Source of the DNA: Convolutriloba macropyga
Lineage: Eukaryota
DNA length: 64,000 bases
Assembly (NCBI RefSeq): GCF_964194025.1
Contig: NC_134469.1
Span: 81,096,001-81,160,000, forward strand
Direction of reading: 5' to 3'
The position numbers were made by a program, and so were the translations under genes. This document shows positions 38,659 to 53,313 of the stretch, one piece after another. The notes under the pieces are model-generated. The model was not told the DNA's origin and did no database searches. It saw only the letters and a program-made list of their open reading frames with translations. The stretch's first letter is position 1. Each line of letters opens with the position of its first letter.

Positions 38659-40735
38659 CCCTCTGTACGTAATGAGCAGTTGTCATTACATGGTAGATGA
38701 TCATCTAAAAATATGCATCCACTAAAATTGCGGGACAGAAACAGAAAATGTTTCGTTACTATGTCAATAATACGTTAAATAGCTAACTTGATTAACCAAT
38801 CAATGATGAGTGAACCTTTCATTTATATTGATTTTAAACTGATTAATTACTTGAACGAAATGTTTAGATAATGAAAATTTATCGTATTTAAGACCATTCG
38901 AAACTGTAACTACGACATTGCAGAAAGATCTAACATAGCTCATCGCTTAAGACACTTTTAACATCAACTAATTGAACTTGTAGTTCTTCTAACTGATGGA
39001 GTCATTGATAGTTTTTTTAGGTCAATAAAAATTTAATTGAAATTAGCTTGGTTAACTTAAGGGTGGTTATCAATACAACAGATCAACAGTTTATGAATCT
39101 CATTTCATCAGCATTTTTTATTTTTTCATATGAAAAATATTTGTTTTTATTCTCCCCATTTTGGTCAGGTAAGAATAAAAATAGTATAATTGCACATTAA
39201 TAAGGCTCCCGTTTGCTGCAATCGTTGTCGCGGCTCATCATAAATTGATAGTTGGAACTGGTTGATATTCAGTTGAAATCAGAGTAAATAATAAGGCTGG
39301 CTCAAAACTTGAGAACCATTCTATTAGAAATGGTTTTCACTATGATTCCTCAGCCGCAGCTACATCTGATACGCCATCCCAAAAAACTACTACAACACAA
39401 ACAGCAGCAATCTTCAATTCAATTTTGGGGGACCAAAGGAACACATCAAAAGTGGACAAAATATTTCCCAATAGGCACCGCGAACAGTAGTATACTACCG
39501 GGTAATCAACACTTGGTTTTGGAAAACTAGAAAACCGATCATATCGAAGTACCTTTAATGCTGAAGCCTAGCTTACTGTGAGCGACCGGGAAAGGGAAAG
39601 TGAATGGCTAGCTGAATAGGTACCACAATTTGACACTATCCAGCAATATTGAAGCTAGTTTACAAATTATCGAAAACGTACGTTTCTTTTTGTAGAAACT
39701 CAAAAACAGTGCTATACATATTCATGAAAAAGCGTCAGTCTCGTTAAAAAAGTTGAAAACATAAATTGTCGCCAAACCCCAAAACCTAAAATTGTTCAAC
39801 AAACTAAAGCAGCTGCTAAAGAAGCTAGATATTATCTCCGCAGATTGGATCCGAATCAAGAAGCCAGATAACCCATTCAAGGGTTTACGATTTCAGTTGA
39901 TAAATAAAGTCGCTACTAAGACTTGGTCGAACAGAAGCAAGCCGCTCTTTGTGGAAATCAAGGAAGGTTAGTAACGCCATTGGAGAATTGTGAAAACGGT
40001 CCAAATCAGATCATTATTCAAAATCCTCGAGGGCATCAACTTTTAAAAGACAAATCGTTGAGGTTTCGTCTCTGATGTTTCCGGCCAGTATGTGTAAAAA
40101 ATCAATCAGCGTTGCCAAATTGAATTTGGCAAAAAAAACTTGAAGTCGAGAAAACGGAAGGGTAAATTATGATAACTAAAAAAGCACAGCACCAACTTTG
40201 GGAGCAGCAAAATGAACTTAAAAAGATTAGAAAGAAATAAAATTACGCGTGCAAAAGCATCAACAGAAAATGGAAGTACTTTTTTGGGAAACTAGAGAAG
40301 GAGCTCAACAACAAATTGAGAAATGCAACCATCAGACAAGCAGAAGGGGCTCAAGTTAGAACTAAAAAAAGAAGTTGAAGAAACTGAGGACCTGCTGTAG
40401 TCGCAGTAAGTATTCGGCCAGGAAGGAGTCAAGAAATCAAGGAATGATTGTACAACCAATTCCCGAAAAAATTTTTCTTTGACCACGGTGTCCAAATGTG
40501 GCCATGCTTTTCCGTTGCAACTCATGAATTGCCCACTATTCAAGCAAAGTGTTTGAAAAAAAGCAGTTTTAATGTGTGCAGTCGCTAGAAATAACGAAAA
40601 AACAGAGTAATAGATCGGCTGAAGGAACCAATTCACATGCAACTTCATCGGCAAGGAGCATCAATATTTTTCAAAAAAAATACAGAAGCAAGAGTACTAC
40701 ACAAAATCTTGAAACAGATCCGACGAGAGCTCAAA

Positions 40736-41282
40736 TATATGGTCCATAAAAGTCCATAAAAATTTACTTTTTATGAGCTTGCTATGGTTAGTAGCATATA
40801 TGGTCCGTTTTATGGATAATAAGTTTTTCTACGAGAGCTTTATTTTTTCCTACTATGGTAATATATGAATGAAAGAGAGGGCCCTGCCATATATGATTCG
40901 TAAATAAAACGGACCATATATGTTAACTTACTAACCATTAAACGGACCATATATGGAAACTTACTAACCATAAAACGGACCATATATGGAAACTTACTAA
41001 CCATAAAACGGACCATATATGGAAACTTACTAACCATAAAACGGACCATATATGTAAACTTACTAACCATAAAACGGACCATATATGGCAGGGTCCTCTC
41101 TTTCATTCATATATTACCATAGTAGGAAAAAATAAAGCTCTCGTAGAAAAACTTATTATCCATAAAACGGACCATATATGGAAACTTACTAACCATAGCA
41201 AGATCATAAAACGGAAATTTTTATGGACTTTTATGGACCATATATGGCCCTTTTTATGGTTAGTAAGTTTGGTCAACCCGGG
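40736..41282. mobile_element. Foldback-like element: ~160-bp inverted arms around a 33-bp tandem array; ends in CAACCCGGG
   Basis: 40736-40895 is the reverse complement of ~41080-41246. About 5.5 copies of ATAAAACGGACCATATATGGAAACTTACTAACC at 40904-41087. Confidence 0.85.
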
Positions 41283-42970
41283 CAGTTAGCCAAATTGCTA
41301 CCGAAATTAATTATTAGGAAATAATGGTTGCTGGTTCCATTTGCTTGAACAAACTTTTTTCATCTGATTTTGTTAGGAGACCTTTTAGCCCGATTGGTTG
41401 GATCTCTTCGATGTTGTTGCTCACTAAAAAGAAATCAGCGATACTGAAAATGTATACTTTTTTAAGCCCAGTCTCACGGGTCAAACAAAAGTAGCATTAT
41501 CAGGAAAGGGAATCGAAGAAAGGATGTAAAACTTAGGTTAAATATGGAAAAACATAAACCAGAGGTCATAGTCAGATCTCAACTGAAAAAAATGTAGGCT
41601 TACCTTTGTATGCGGCATGATGATTCAAGCAGTATCGTCAGTTTTGCAAAGTTGTTTGCAAATGGGCTTAACGTATTGAACTAAACTGGATATAACGCTA
41701 ACTTTGCAAAAGTATATTTAGTTTTGCGTCAACGAAACTGTCTGTTAATCTGAAATAACATTGGTTGCTTCAACTACAGGATCGGAGACTTTATTGACCT
41801 GATTTTACTGTTTTTTTTATATTGGCTTGCCTCTAAGGCAATTTATTATTACACCACGTGCTAAAGATACTAATAAATCGAAGAACATTCACTGTGCATA
41901 TCGAGAACGGACAGCAAGCTAATTAGACTTGTGGAATGTTCAAATCAATAATAGCAAGAAGTAATGATCAGAACTTCAGGCCGTGTTTCGGTTGTTTCGG
42001 TTGAAATAGATCTACAGACTAAATTGTTCAATTTGGTCAAATTAGAAACCGCAATTTTACAAACAGTGTAAAACGACACCAACCGATAAATGATTTTCAA
42101 CGACAGAGGAAGAGACAAGTGTCTCACATTTTATATAGAATGAACCCCCGTAGTTGGAATTAAACTTACAAATACAGTCTTGAGCCTGGATGGGCACCAG
42201 ATGGTCTTTTGAATACTCGATGTTTTTTCGTAGATGAGTCGATAATGTCTGTGTTTCATCTTTAAGGCCAAAAAGCGTCCTTGTCGCTGGCACAGATACT
42301 TGGATCATGTTAAGTCGACAAAAAATAGCGCAGTTTGCTGTTTTATGTTAAGAAAAGTCTGGACTAATGACTACAGTGCAGTTTTGTGTTCAAGAAATCT
42401 AAAACTAATTGACCAAATTGTAGATCTGCGAGAAGTGAAACACCGTGATCTATACCTGTGCATTTTTTTTCAATTCAATTTTACAACCTGAATAAAAAGC
42501 CAAACCGGACGTAATAATCATTTGGTGCACTTTTGCGAAATTCAGTAATTAAAACAAAGCCATCCATGATTGTTCAGTTCATTGACACAACATTCAAACC
42601 TGTGCATCATTTTTTTCTCTGCAATTCTTGAAAGGAACTTTTTTGCGTTTTGAGTAGGATTTGAAACGTCATTTTCATGTTTTCTTTGTCCATTCAATAT
42701 CTTATTGGTGACTTAGTACTTCGTGCGTTCATGTAGCTCGTTAAAAAATCCTCGTTTGTGTATGCTTTGAACGCTTCGTACCCCCTGTATGCGCTCAAAG
42801 ATCGTCTGCGTCATAAACGAGGAATGCGAAATCCTCGAGCTAGTCATATCACACATTTAGTGCGGGAGTGGAATCTTGCACTCAAGCATCGCCTTCGTTC
42901 ACGTCTCATAATTGCATTGTATCGTGCATGCAGGAGAATCGTTAATGCAATACCCAAGTTGAGAGGTCGG

Positions 42971-43077
42971 CTTTATGAAAAGACTTATAAAGTCGACCTG
43001 GGAGCGGGGGAGTTTTTCTCTACCTTAAATACACGGTCGACTTCCTAGCAAGGGTCGACCTTAAGTCTTTTCATAAG
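42971..43077. mobile_element. Small MITE-like inverted repeat (~105 bp)
   Basis: ttatgaaaagacttataaagtcgacc ... ggtcgaccttaagtcttttcataa. Confidence 0.65.
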
Positions 43078-43308
43078 TCTTTTCATGTAAAGACCATGTT
43101 CTAGATGATAATCAGTAGTGTTCAGAGTTTTGTCCAAACATAAGTAATTATAAAGTTAAACACAAGCAAGTATCAATTTAATGTTAATAAAGTTTGATTA
43201 CAGGCAGAATTTCTACTCAACCCACAGTAAAAATTAATTTACAGTAATTACAAATTACTAAACAATTAAGAAAGTTGTTTCAAGTATCCAAAAAAGTTTT
43301 AAAATGTT

Positions 43309-44350
43309 TTGAAGCAAAATACGTATTCAAGAAAAGAAAAATTTGAGAAGACAATCGAATCTGTAGCCGACTATTTTTTGCGAAACAAACTGACACCCAA
43401 TTCAGAAAAACCGCACCTTGTGAATTTGAACACAATCAGAAAATCTTCTCAACAAGAGATAATTTTGCAGAATGATGCGATCAGTCAAAAAACGTCTTTA
43501 AAATACTTAGGAGTAAATATTGATGAAAAACTTAAATATAATCGGCATATCCTCGAATTATGTTTGAAACTGTCCAAGTTTTTTGTATTGTTTTATAAGT
43601 TGAGATCAATTTTAACAACTGCACAGCTTCTTGTATTATATAAAGTTTACGTACAACCAATACTAAATTATGGTGTTTTAGTCTATGGAACCAGTAGCAA
43701 GACAACACTCCAGCCTCTAGAAGCAAAAATAAAACAAATTACCAAAATCATGTTTAAAAAGAGAAAAACGGAAACAACACTGCAAAATCGAGAATAAAAT
43801 GCATTCGATCAAAAATTTGCACATTTTTGAACTGTTTAAAAAATTAACAGAGATACTTAGATCGGAATGCGAAATAAATAGTCTAAGATTTCTTATAACA
43901 AAGAAAGAAATAGAGTCAGTTGAGTTTAAAAAAAAACATCATCCCGTCAGTTGAAAAGTACAAAGGCGGTTAGTGGATTTAGCCCTAAACGATTAGGTGT
44001 AAGAATAAGAAAATTTTTGAATTTTATATTAAAATTTAATCCCAATTTCTTTTCAGAAGCATAAATCTTGAATAAAAAAGAACTGAAACGTTATCAGTAT
44101 GGTTTTAGAGACAGTTATATTAGCAATAACCAACAAATAGTTTCGTTAATATATTGAGCTGATCATTTCAAATCCTTTGCATCTTACGCATCTGACAATC
44201 TGTCTTTTAAATTTTCTTACTACTGCTACTGGCATCACTTGACGAGGACCATCGGACCTTTTGATGACCTATCAAGAAGGTGGCGGTTCTGTGCGGCCTA
44301 GTTTTTACAGCAATTCTAACTTACTTAAAAACAATTTATTATTATTAAAA
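43309..44350 (+). mobile_element. 3' portion of a CR1/L2-like LINE (RT C-terminal region, 3' UTR, (TTA)n tail)
   Basis: NKLTPNSEK...KYLGVNIDEKLKYNRHI...KLR...LYKVYVQPILNYGVLVYG; ends in tttattattattaaaa near 44345. Confidence 0.82.
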
Positions 44351-44438
44351 GACAAGGCTGACTAACAAAATTAAGATGCGCCGAAAAATGAGTGTTTAGT
44401 ATCTATGAGCATTAAATTCTTATTTGCCAATATTATTT

Positions 44439-45002
44439 CCCGGGTCAAAGTTTTTGAGTGAATCTTTGCAAGAATTAAGGTAAACTCGGAGGAAAAAAAA
44501 TTCACCACATTTCACCGCTTTTCTTAGAAAAATTCTCCTCGAAATTCACCGCATTTCATACAAAAATTCACCGCATCAACTTTTATGGCTAAGTTGATGC
44601 AAGAAATGCGGTGAAAGCGGTGAATGCGGTGACAAAAACAATTCACCACATTTCACCGCATATCTTACGAAATTTCACCGCAAAATTCAACGCACTTCGT
44701 ACAAAAATTCACCGCAAGTTCTCTCCTATGATTTCTAATTTTGATTTAAGTTCTCAAGGAATATCAAAGAAGTAAGTATAATTTTTGGTCAGTGTAATAA
44801 GAAGTTGAAAGCCTGCAGGAGGTAAGAGGTTAAAACCCGTGTATGGAAGCTTTTTTTGTATGAATACTGAGAGCGCGGTGAATATAAATAATTTGCCGCG
44901 AATCACCATATTCACCGGAAAAAGATATAAGAAATACGCGGTGAAAATTATTTTCTTTCACAGCATTTTTTACAAAAATTCACCGCCAAACCTTGACCTG
45001 GG
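44439..45002. mobile_element. Non-autonomous CMC/EnSpm-like element with TTCACCGC arrays
   Basis: CCCGGGTCAA...TTGACCTGGG termini with TT on both flanks (2-bp TSD); many ttcaccgc/gcggtgaa motifs in both orientations. Confidence 0.75.
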
Positions 45003-45614
45003 TTGTTAATCCTACTTTTTTAGTGAAAGAATCCATTATAATTTGAGAAAAATGGAAAACCTTTCAAATTTTGTCATTGCTTCTGATTAAATGTTGAACA
45101 AAATATTTTTTTTGGAATTTTTGAACAACATAAAGTATGCGGTGACAACAAAAAAATGAGACAACTCATACCTTTCAAAAGAAAAAGTTTTTTATTAAAG
45201 ATGTAGCAAAACGCAAAAATAATAATGAGGATTTTAGTTTCTAATAAATCGAAAAGTAAAATATCTAAACTATTATTGTTTTGTTCAAAAAATTGTTTTG
45301 CAATTATCTTTACCTCAATCGACAGAGGTCGATAACAACTTCTGTTGCTTTCTTTAAATTATCCGTTACTTTTTTTACTTTCATCTTCTTTCCAATGAAG
45401 TTTTAATTGCCATAGATTATTTCTGTTAAAATATGGCTAACTGAAGGTTATAAATATTATTCAAAATTGTTACGATAGATGTCCATTGAAACTCAAACAC
45501 TGATTGTTGAAGTAATCGGAAAATTGACTAAAAGAAACTTCTTAGCGCAAAACTGGAGAGCAAAAGTTTAGCAAAAAATTTTATTTTATTATGTGTTCAG
45601 ATTATCATGCACAT

Positions 45615-46218
45615 CCCAGTCAATTTCAAATGGCTATCTTCTGATATCTGGCACGAAACTCGTACCATGATACATAGTCTTGCAAATTTTTCTTCAAAAA
45701 TTTGCTAATTTTCAAAGACAACTAATAGTCTTTATTGAAACTTGCTTGTTGCCTATTTGTTGTGCAAGAATCTTGAAAGAGGAAAAAAAATTTACTTGCA
45801 AAAAATTTTAAAAACTATTCGACAAAGAATCTGGCCATATAAACAGCTTTTTTTCAATTGAATCTTTTTCTAAAATCAGTGAGTTCAAGGATTGGTTAGT
45901 GTCGCAATTTGGTTCATTGCCGTTGTTTTCCATGCCAATTTTTTCATGCTTAATTTTTTCATTTTTTGAGACAAAAATGGCAAATAGTTGCAATTCTGAC
46001 TGATTTTATTGCTTCGCTCTGAGCTGAATTTTGTTTTTTTTTCTATTTTTTGTAAGAATCTTGCAAAGAAACCATTTATCTTTCAAGTTCTGGCACGTTA
46101 GGCGCTTTCCCAGAAATGATCTCCAAGGTTAAACTTTTTTCTCGCAAAATCTTACAAATAGCCTGTTTCCCCAGAATCCTGCAATATCTTGCAACATAGA
46201 CATCAAGTCTCAATTGGG
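45615..46218. mobile_element. Degenerate CCCAG-terminated element with TCTTGCAA motifs
   Basis: cccagtcaa...tcaattggg ends and repeated tcttgcaa; TSD not clean. Confidence 0.45.
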
Positions 46219-46893
46219 GGTAGCAGTGTTTCATTTGATTATCTGGGGCGTAACTTTACACTGTTGTGAAACGTGAAAAACATCAAAACATCATCTGTTT
46301 AATATATTCCTCTAAATAGGCATCATTTGGGCAAACAATGCGCTTGAGACGCATAAGACTGTCACGATTCTTCTTGTCGCAAAAGTTTTATAGATTTTTT
46401 TTCACTTGGAATCTTTTTGGCGTTTTCGGGCCTGTTCTTGAAAAGCTGTGTCAAAATGTAATTGATTGCACACCCGTTCAAACTTGGTTTTTGTCTATAG
46501 AATGTCAATTTCATTGTCGAAGTTTTTGGTTCAACCGACGTTGCGAAAGTTTGTACAGTTCCGCAGAAACAAAGTAAATTAAGATACGCACTAAATATTT
46601 TTTTAAATATTTTGCACTAGTTCTCACAAAGTTGATTGCTGGGATAATATATGTCTATTTCGTCTTATCATTAACAGTTTATGTGTGTGGCGACCACGTA
46701 GTTTATATTTCTACAACCCCACACCCTATCCCCCCGCCCGCAAAAAATTGATGTCTGGACTTACTATGCCAATTCATTATAGACGCAGCATAATGCATTC
46801 GGTATTCAAAAATTGCTGTAGACAAATTGTTTGTAAATGCTCTTGAAAATAAAAAGAAGACCTTAATTATGAGCAAAAATATGTATCTGAGAA

Positions 46894-47248
46894 CCCAGTG
46901 AACTAAATCTCGAAACAACTTGATAAGGAACATGCTAAATCTTAGTAAATATTGTCAAGATCTTGAGGTGGTACTTTCCATTAAATTATCAAGATTTGCA
47001 CAAACTTGCAACATCTTTGCATGGGTATCAAGAAAAAATATCTTGGCAAGATAACTAAGAAAGGCTAACCATGACATGGAAAGATATACCAATTTGTAAA
47101 AACTAAAACAAAACCACTTTTATACAAGATTTAGCGTCAATTGTTATGACTAAGCAAGAATTATCAAGATTTGTCAAGAATTAGAATAAGATAGAGTTCG
47201 AATAAAGAAAGCGTTAAAACGAATAAGAATAAGTTGAGTTTGACAGGA
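46894..47248. mobile_element. Degenerate CCCAG-terminated element with TCAAGA/TCTTG motifs
   Basis: aa-cccagtgaa ... tttgacagga-aa; repeated tcaagat/atcttg. Confidence 0.4.
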
Positions 47249-47460
47249 AAAAGATTTCAGTTCATTTCAGCGTTGATCTCTCATACTTGTAAATCTTTGA
47301 AAAAAATACGCAGTCGATTTTTGATAACAAAGTTTTCTTGACACTTACCTGATAAACATGGGGCTAATAGCGCGGTTTGTGATCATGGAAGTTGAAAAAA
47401 GTGCAAATGGGAAAATTTCTATAGATTGTGGGTGTATAATTAATTATTGATTTGATCCAT

Positions 47461-48105
47461 CCCGAGTCAATGTGTAACCACCATACAGCGCAAAATTATG
47501 TAATATAAGCGGTGAATGAGGAAATTTTTGTAAGATAAGTGGTGAATGCGGTGAAATTGCATAAATCAGTCGTTGAATGCGGTGAAAAAAAACCCTTAAT
47601 CGCCTTGTAGTGGTGAAGTTACATAATTTCATTGCCGAATTTAGCGGTGAAATTACATACGATCACTGCTTCGAAAAAGTGTCCAAAATATGTAATATAA
47701 GTGGTGAATGCGGCGAAATTACATAATTTCTCCGCTTAACTTAGTGATGAACTTACATAAATTCACCGGTTAGAAAAAATGTTAAAGTTTTGTGAGAACA
47801 GCACTGAATGCAGTGAAATTACATAAACTGACCGCTTAACTTTTTGAAACAGAAAATCATCACAATTCACCGCTAAAATATGTAATTTCACCGCTTAATA
47901 TAGCGGTGAAATTACATATTTTAGCGGTGAATTGTGGTGAAATTTTGTAAGATCACCGCTTACTCTAGCGGTGAAGTTACATAATTTCACCGCATTCACA
48001 GCATTTCACTGCAAAAGTATGTGCGAAATTTGCGGTGAAAAAATTAACTTTTACATATTTTCGATTTTAATCCTACATATTTTTCGATTTTTTTCTCCAC
48101 CTGGG
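47461..48105. mobile_element. Non-autonomous CMC/EnSpm-like element with GCGGTGAA arrays
   Basis: CCCGAGTCAA...CCACCTGGG termini with AT on both flanks (2-bp TSD); arrays of gcggtgaaattacata. Confidence 0.72.
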
Positions 48106-48797
48106 ATTTTATATATCATGTGGTTTATTGGATTATTGGAACTGTTAAAGGAAGATATATAATATATATAATTGAAACGGTGACAGTTCAGGAGGTTTTA
48201 TAGCACATACTACTGTATACACTTTGGAAAATTTGGAGCTCAACCAAAATAGACATTGTATATAAGCTCACAGTACACAGCTCATGAAAATGTTTTAAGA
48301 ATAAATTGGATTTGGATCTGGTTTTACGAGCGTATACTTCTTTATCATATCATGTACATAGTTAAGTTTATTTTTTTCAGAAATAAACTGCTTTTCAGCT
48401 ACAGTTTTGGCTTTAGTTTTCTCAAAATTGTTTGTTCTTTGGTGCTACTCGTTTTTGAAAGGCAGTTGAAAATAATTAAGATATTCAATGAAGTATTTAC
48501 TTGTGAAGCTGTCATTTTATTTTAGTCACATAATTAAATGTGTCTTCAGTTTCTTTTGCTTTGATGTTCTTAGATCTGTAAAGCGGAGAATTGATGCAAA
48601 TATGTCAGATTCCGTAATCAATTTACTTCTTCATCTCAGATGAGTTTACTTAAAAAAATTCTGCTGCGCGATCAGTTATAAGTGCTTTTCTTCTCAGTTT
48701 TGCATTCTCAATTCTGGTGCACTGAAACAGACCGTAAATACATATATATTCGCAACTGAGGTGTACTACAAAAGACCATATATACAAACACACACAA

Positions 48798-48949
48798 NNN
48801 NNNNNNNNNNNNNNNNNNNNNNNNNNNNNNNNNNNNNNNNNNNNNNNNNNNNNNNNNNNNNNNNNNNNNNNNNNNNNNNNNNNNNNNNNNNNNNNNNNNN
48901 NNNNNNNNNNNNNNNNNNNNNNNNNNNNNNNNNNNNNNNNNNNNNNNNN
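48798..48949. other. Assembly gap (N run) after a (CA)n tract
   Basis: Run of N. Confidence 1.
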
Positions 48950-51900
48950 AGTTTACTGAAACTCTTCGTCAAAAGCCATGAAAACAATGAGGTCTTCTCT
49001 GGCAACAAACAATATATAAATTGGGCCTCTTTTTCATTTGGATGGAAGCTGAAATTATTGAGCCATGAATTGAAAATTTTGTCAGCAACTGACATATAAA
49101 AACCAATAAAATATAGTATTTTGAAAAAAAACATCGAAGAAACCAAAACTAAAAAAATTTCTTATTGTCAGAATCCAAGATGAGATCAAAAGTATCCCTG
49201 TTTTTGCCGCCCGTCCAAAAACCGTTCAAATGAATGATTGCGAAATAGACCAATTGTTGAGTGAAATATTTCATAAATCAAAAACAAAATGCAATTTGTA
49301 TAATTATCAAGCTAAATCTGCAAAAACTTGGCAGAACTTTTGATTCCAGAAGACCTTTATGGGCCGCCTAATTTGAACTACCTCTCTTTTGGAGTTTAAG
49401 AAGATGGGATCAGTGGTTACTAGGTCTCTACTTTCGGCAAATTTTAATAAAGTGGACCAAAAGGCATATTTTGCTCGATTTTTGATGGAAAAAATCTGAA
49501 TTTCGGAAATTTTATCAAATATTATAGCCAAGAAACTCCAATCAAACAAGTCAACAACGCTGCTATATCTATAAAGACCTTATCTAGTGAAAAAAAGGAA
49601 AAAAGTATAACCATTATGTCGCACAGGTTTTTAAAACTCCTGTAAAACTCATAATTACATTTGAAATAAATGCAAACAAATATGATTTATGGGCGAAACA
49701 TTCGGGTTTGTACTCGCACTTTATTATATATTAGAGCTCAGTAAATTGACCAAAAAGAATCAAAGGAACAACAACAACAAAAACCTCCTTAAAATTTAAG
49801 CACGAGTTAGTTTTGAAATCTATTGTGGTCTCGTTTTTGAATTGAAGCTCACTTCTCAAAAGTTTCATTGAGGTTCCGTTCAATTAGCGTGGATATTTTT
49901 GAAATACTAACAATCCTTCTCTTGTATAATTAACAAATTTCAATCCTATAACAGAAAATTGTTGAATAAGCACCCAGCACTGATGAATAAAGCATTGAAA
50001 CAATAGTTTTGAAGGTTAATGAAATTTATAGTGTTTTCACCAGTTTTGCGTAACGGTTTCAATTAATGCAGATGAATCTACAATTTGCAGTCAATACCGT
50101 ACGCAAATTATTTAAAATAAGCGCACAAAAAAACTACTACACATTTTCCTTGAGCTTTCCGGAAACTGATAGCAGAAAAAAGAATCAAATATATTAAGAG
50201 CTAAAGGGCAACTCTAAGTCAGTTAATACGACATTTTCAAGTGCAACAAATAGAGTCTTGATTGGACAACAAATTCAAAAAGGAGAGAAAAAATTGACTG
50301 ACTCAATGATATATCCTTTTTTTAAAGTTGCAAAATGAAGAACTTTTTAAAAAATGTTTTACTTTAAAAACAAAATCCTGCGTTAAGAAAAGAGAGAATG
50401 CAAACCCTATCAAGCAAATTAATTATTGGAAAAAAAATTTTCGATTGCCAATCAGGTCTTTTGTAGTTGCCTATTTGTTTTCAATTAAAAATCTTGCTAC
50501 TTCGTGAGGATATCGGTCACAATACCATTTTTTGCTAGAACCATCAAAAAACGGATAACTCGATGAAAACAAAAAAATGTTCGTTTTTTAAAAAAATGTA
50601 CACAGATCTGTGACAGACCAGCTACTAAGTGGGCACTGACGATATTCTCTGAAAGTAGGATGTGACCTTAAATCCTAAAAACAAACAAATGATGAAAAAC
50701 CTATTATTGTTGTATGTTTTTGTATTTGTTCCTCAAGTACCAATGTGAATTAACATAATTTTTTTGGAAAATTTGTCTCTGAAATATTTCAAACCAGAAA
50801 CCAGAAAAAAAAGGTTTCTGATTGGTTTTCCTGCTTAGAACGCCGGAAGCAAAAAAGTCATTAGTTACAAATATAAACAAAAAGGAAAATGTCGCGTTTG
50901 TTTTACGAAACTGATGTTTGAGGGGAGTGATGCAAAAGACTGCACAGCAGACCTCAACTGGATTTGAGTGATTTCTGGGTTGCCAGCAAAAGATCTTATA
51001 TGACTTCCGGTAAACCAAAGGAGGAGCCATTTGCAAATTTTGAAAACTGAAAACGTGCTTAATGCGCATTTTCGAAAAAGAAACTTGGAGAAAGATCTCA
51101 GAAAATTTTTATTGTAACTGACTGATGTATTATGATAATCGCGAAATAATTACTGGAGCCAGTTTTTCCCGTATAATTTATCCTGAAAAATGTCTCACGT
51201 CAAGCTTGAAATGGTGTTTGAACCTGACCGAAAATCTAGCCATCGTTGGCAGAAATGCTTCTATAAGCAATGCAAAGTGTTTCATCGTTTAATTGAAACT
51301 TTTTTAAATCGACATTAGCTGCTAATCATCTTGATCGCGACGTGGAAGATTTGTTCCCAACTTTTTGCAAACTTTCCAGGAAAGTTACAAATTTTACAAA
51401 ATGCTTGTGGGATTGCTGCAAGGTTTTATCTTCTTTAAACTTGAATAAAAATAAATCTCTCGGAAAAATTCACGAGCTCTGAAACACTCAAAATTCATTC
51501 TAGAATAAATAATATTTGCTGCTCTCACAAACCGTTATATCAGTTTTGGTATAACTCAAAATCTTGAGAGAATCTTTTAATTTTTTATTAGATAAGATCT
51601 ATAATTGATGTCAAACAGATATTATACTAGTTCTACAAAGTTTTTTATTGCAGAAAAACAGACTTGTCGTTTGAAACGAAACCAAATGTAGCTTTTCTGA
51701 ATAAAAATTGTAATCAGAACTAGTCGGACAAGAAATTGCGAAATGTGAGCCCACCCATCAATGGGTAGTTAGAATTTTGTCCAAAGTTTTGTCTCAAGTT
51801 TGTCCAAGTTTAAAAAAATTAAAATATTTTAAAACGGCACTACTAGAGTAAAAAAATTTATGTAAACTGCATTTAAATTATGAACCATTGTACTTCTTTT

Positions 51901-53313
51901 CAAGTTTCCCGGGATGAAAATTTCCAAAATTATACAAATTACATATGATTATGCTGGTTTTCTTCTTCATATTTTAGTGTCACCTCATTGTGAAATCAAA
52001 GAAATTTTATGTGATTTCCGTCTATTTACATACAAAATCAATTTGATTCCCGTACAGTTAACAAGGATTGCTAATTCTTGTACGTCTCTTTCATGTTAAA
52101 AACAGCTAATGGTTTTTTGTACATCTGTTAAATGTTAAATTTTGTATCTCCAGTACCGATGTAAAATAATGCCATTTAATTTCATAAATTTGCCTCCGAA
52201 GTACTTGAAACAAAATTATTGTTGCAGTGGAGCCATACAAAAGACCGCACAGCCGGCTTCAATCTAATTTAAGTTAATTGCGTGTTGTCTCTAAAAAATC
52301 TTATATTATTTCTCGGAGATAATATTGAATCATACACAAATTCGAAAACTGAAAAACTGCGTCTCTTGAAAACAAAAAAAAATTTATGAAAAGTTTAAGA
52401 AATTGTCTTTGCAATCAAGTGAGGTATTATTTTTTCACAAAAGAGCTGGTGATAAAATTCCTTGTATGATGTATCCAAAAAATTTTAAAACGATGAAATT
52501 GTTTAAACAGTCTACTCTTTGACCCTTTACCTGCACAAAAACGAGAAATTTTTTAAACCAGTCAGATTGTTTTCGAAAATTTTTCCGAAAAAGTTAAGTT
52601 TTGTCCCAAATAATTGAGAATTTTAAGGTGCGTGAACTGGGATTTCCCACAATAAATCATTGAAGCAAACACTAAAGCACTAAAACCAAGCAAAAGTCTC
52701 CTGATATCAACCACAGCTGATTGAATTGTAGGCAATCATTGATAATTCAGAGTTTACAAAGAGTTTGTTGGAATTCTAAAAACAAATTAAAAAACTGAAA
52801 ACAAAAACTCCAATCCGAAGACAACAACTAATTTGTTTTTCTCAAAATTCCCAATCCCAAGTCAGTTAGTTTTTTGTTTTCTTTCAATTCTCAATGATAC
52901 ACAATTTTCAAAAAAATAATTACACTTATGCCCACATAAAAGTGTAAAATTTCGTTACTTGGTTGCCTGTGACCTCAATGAGTCCTCAATTGATGGTTGT
53001 TAATTGATCAAAATTTCAACTGCTCATCAGTGCAATTTGAAAATTTTCAATTTCAAAAACTTAGCCCATGCCTTAAAAACATCAAACTCGAAAATCTGGT
53101 CTTCGATTTGTTTTTCCGTTTTCCGTCAAATTGGAGACAAATCTAAAGACTTTTTGACTTTATGACAACTGAAATTTTATTGAAGTTTTATCAAGGAACA
53201 GAACATTGTAAAAATTTAGTCAATATATCATACGGAGACATTTGCAGGCAAAACATTTCAATGATCGAGTTAAATTTCTGTCAAAATTTTCTTTCAGAAA
53301 ATTGATAGTTTAG

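Noticed and set aside
40904-41087. 33-bp repeats as a CRISPR array, or the MVRFMVSKFPY repeat protein
   Set aside because: Contiguous tandem repeats without unique spacers, no cas genes, eukaryotic context; the ORF is a by-product of the 33-bp period.
49975-50010. CTGATGA...GAAAC hammerhead-like core (similar partial motifs at ~35550, ~44240 and ~50637)
   Set aside because: No convincing stems II and III could be formed.
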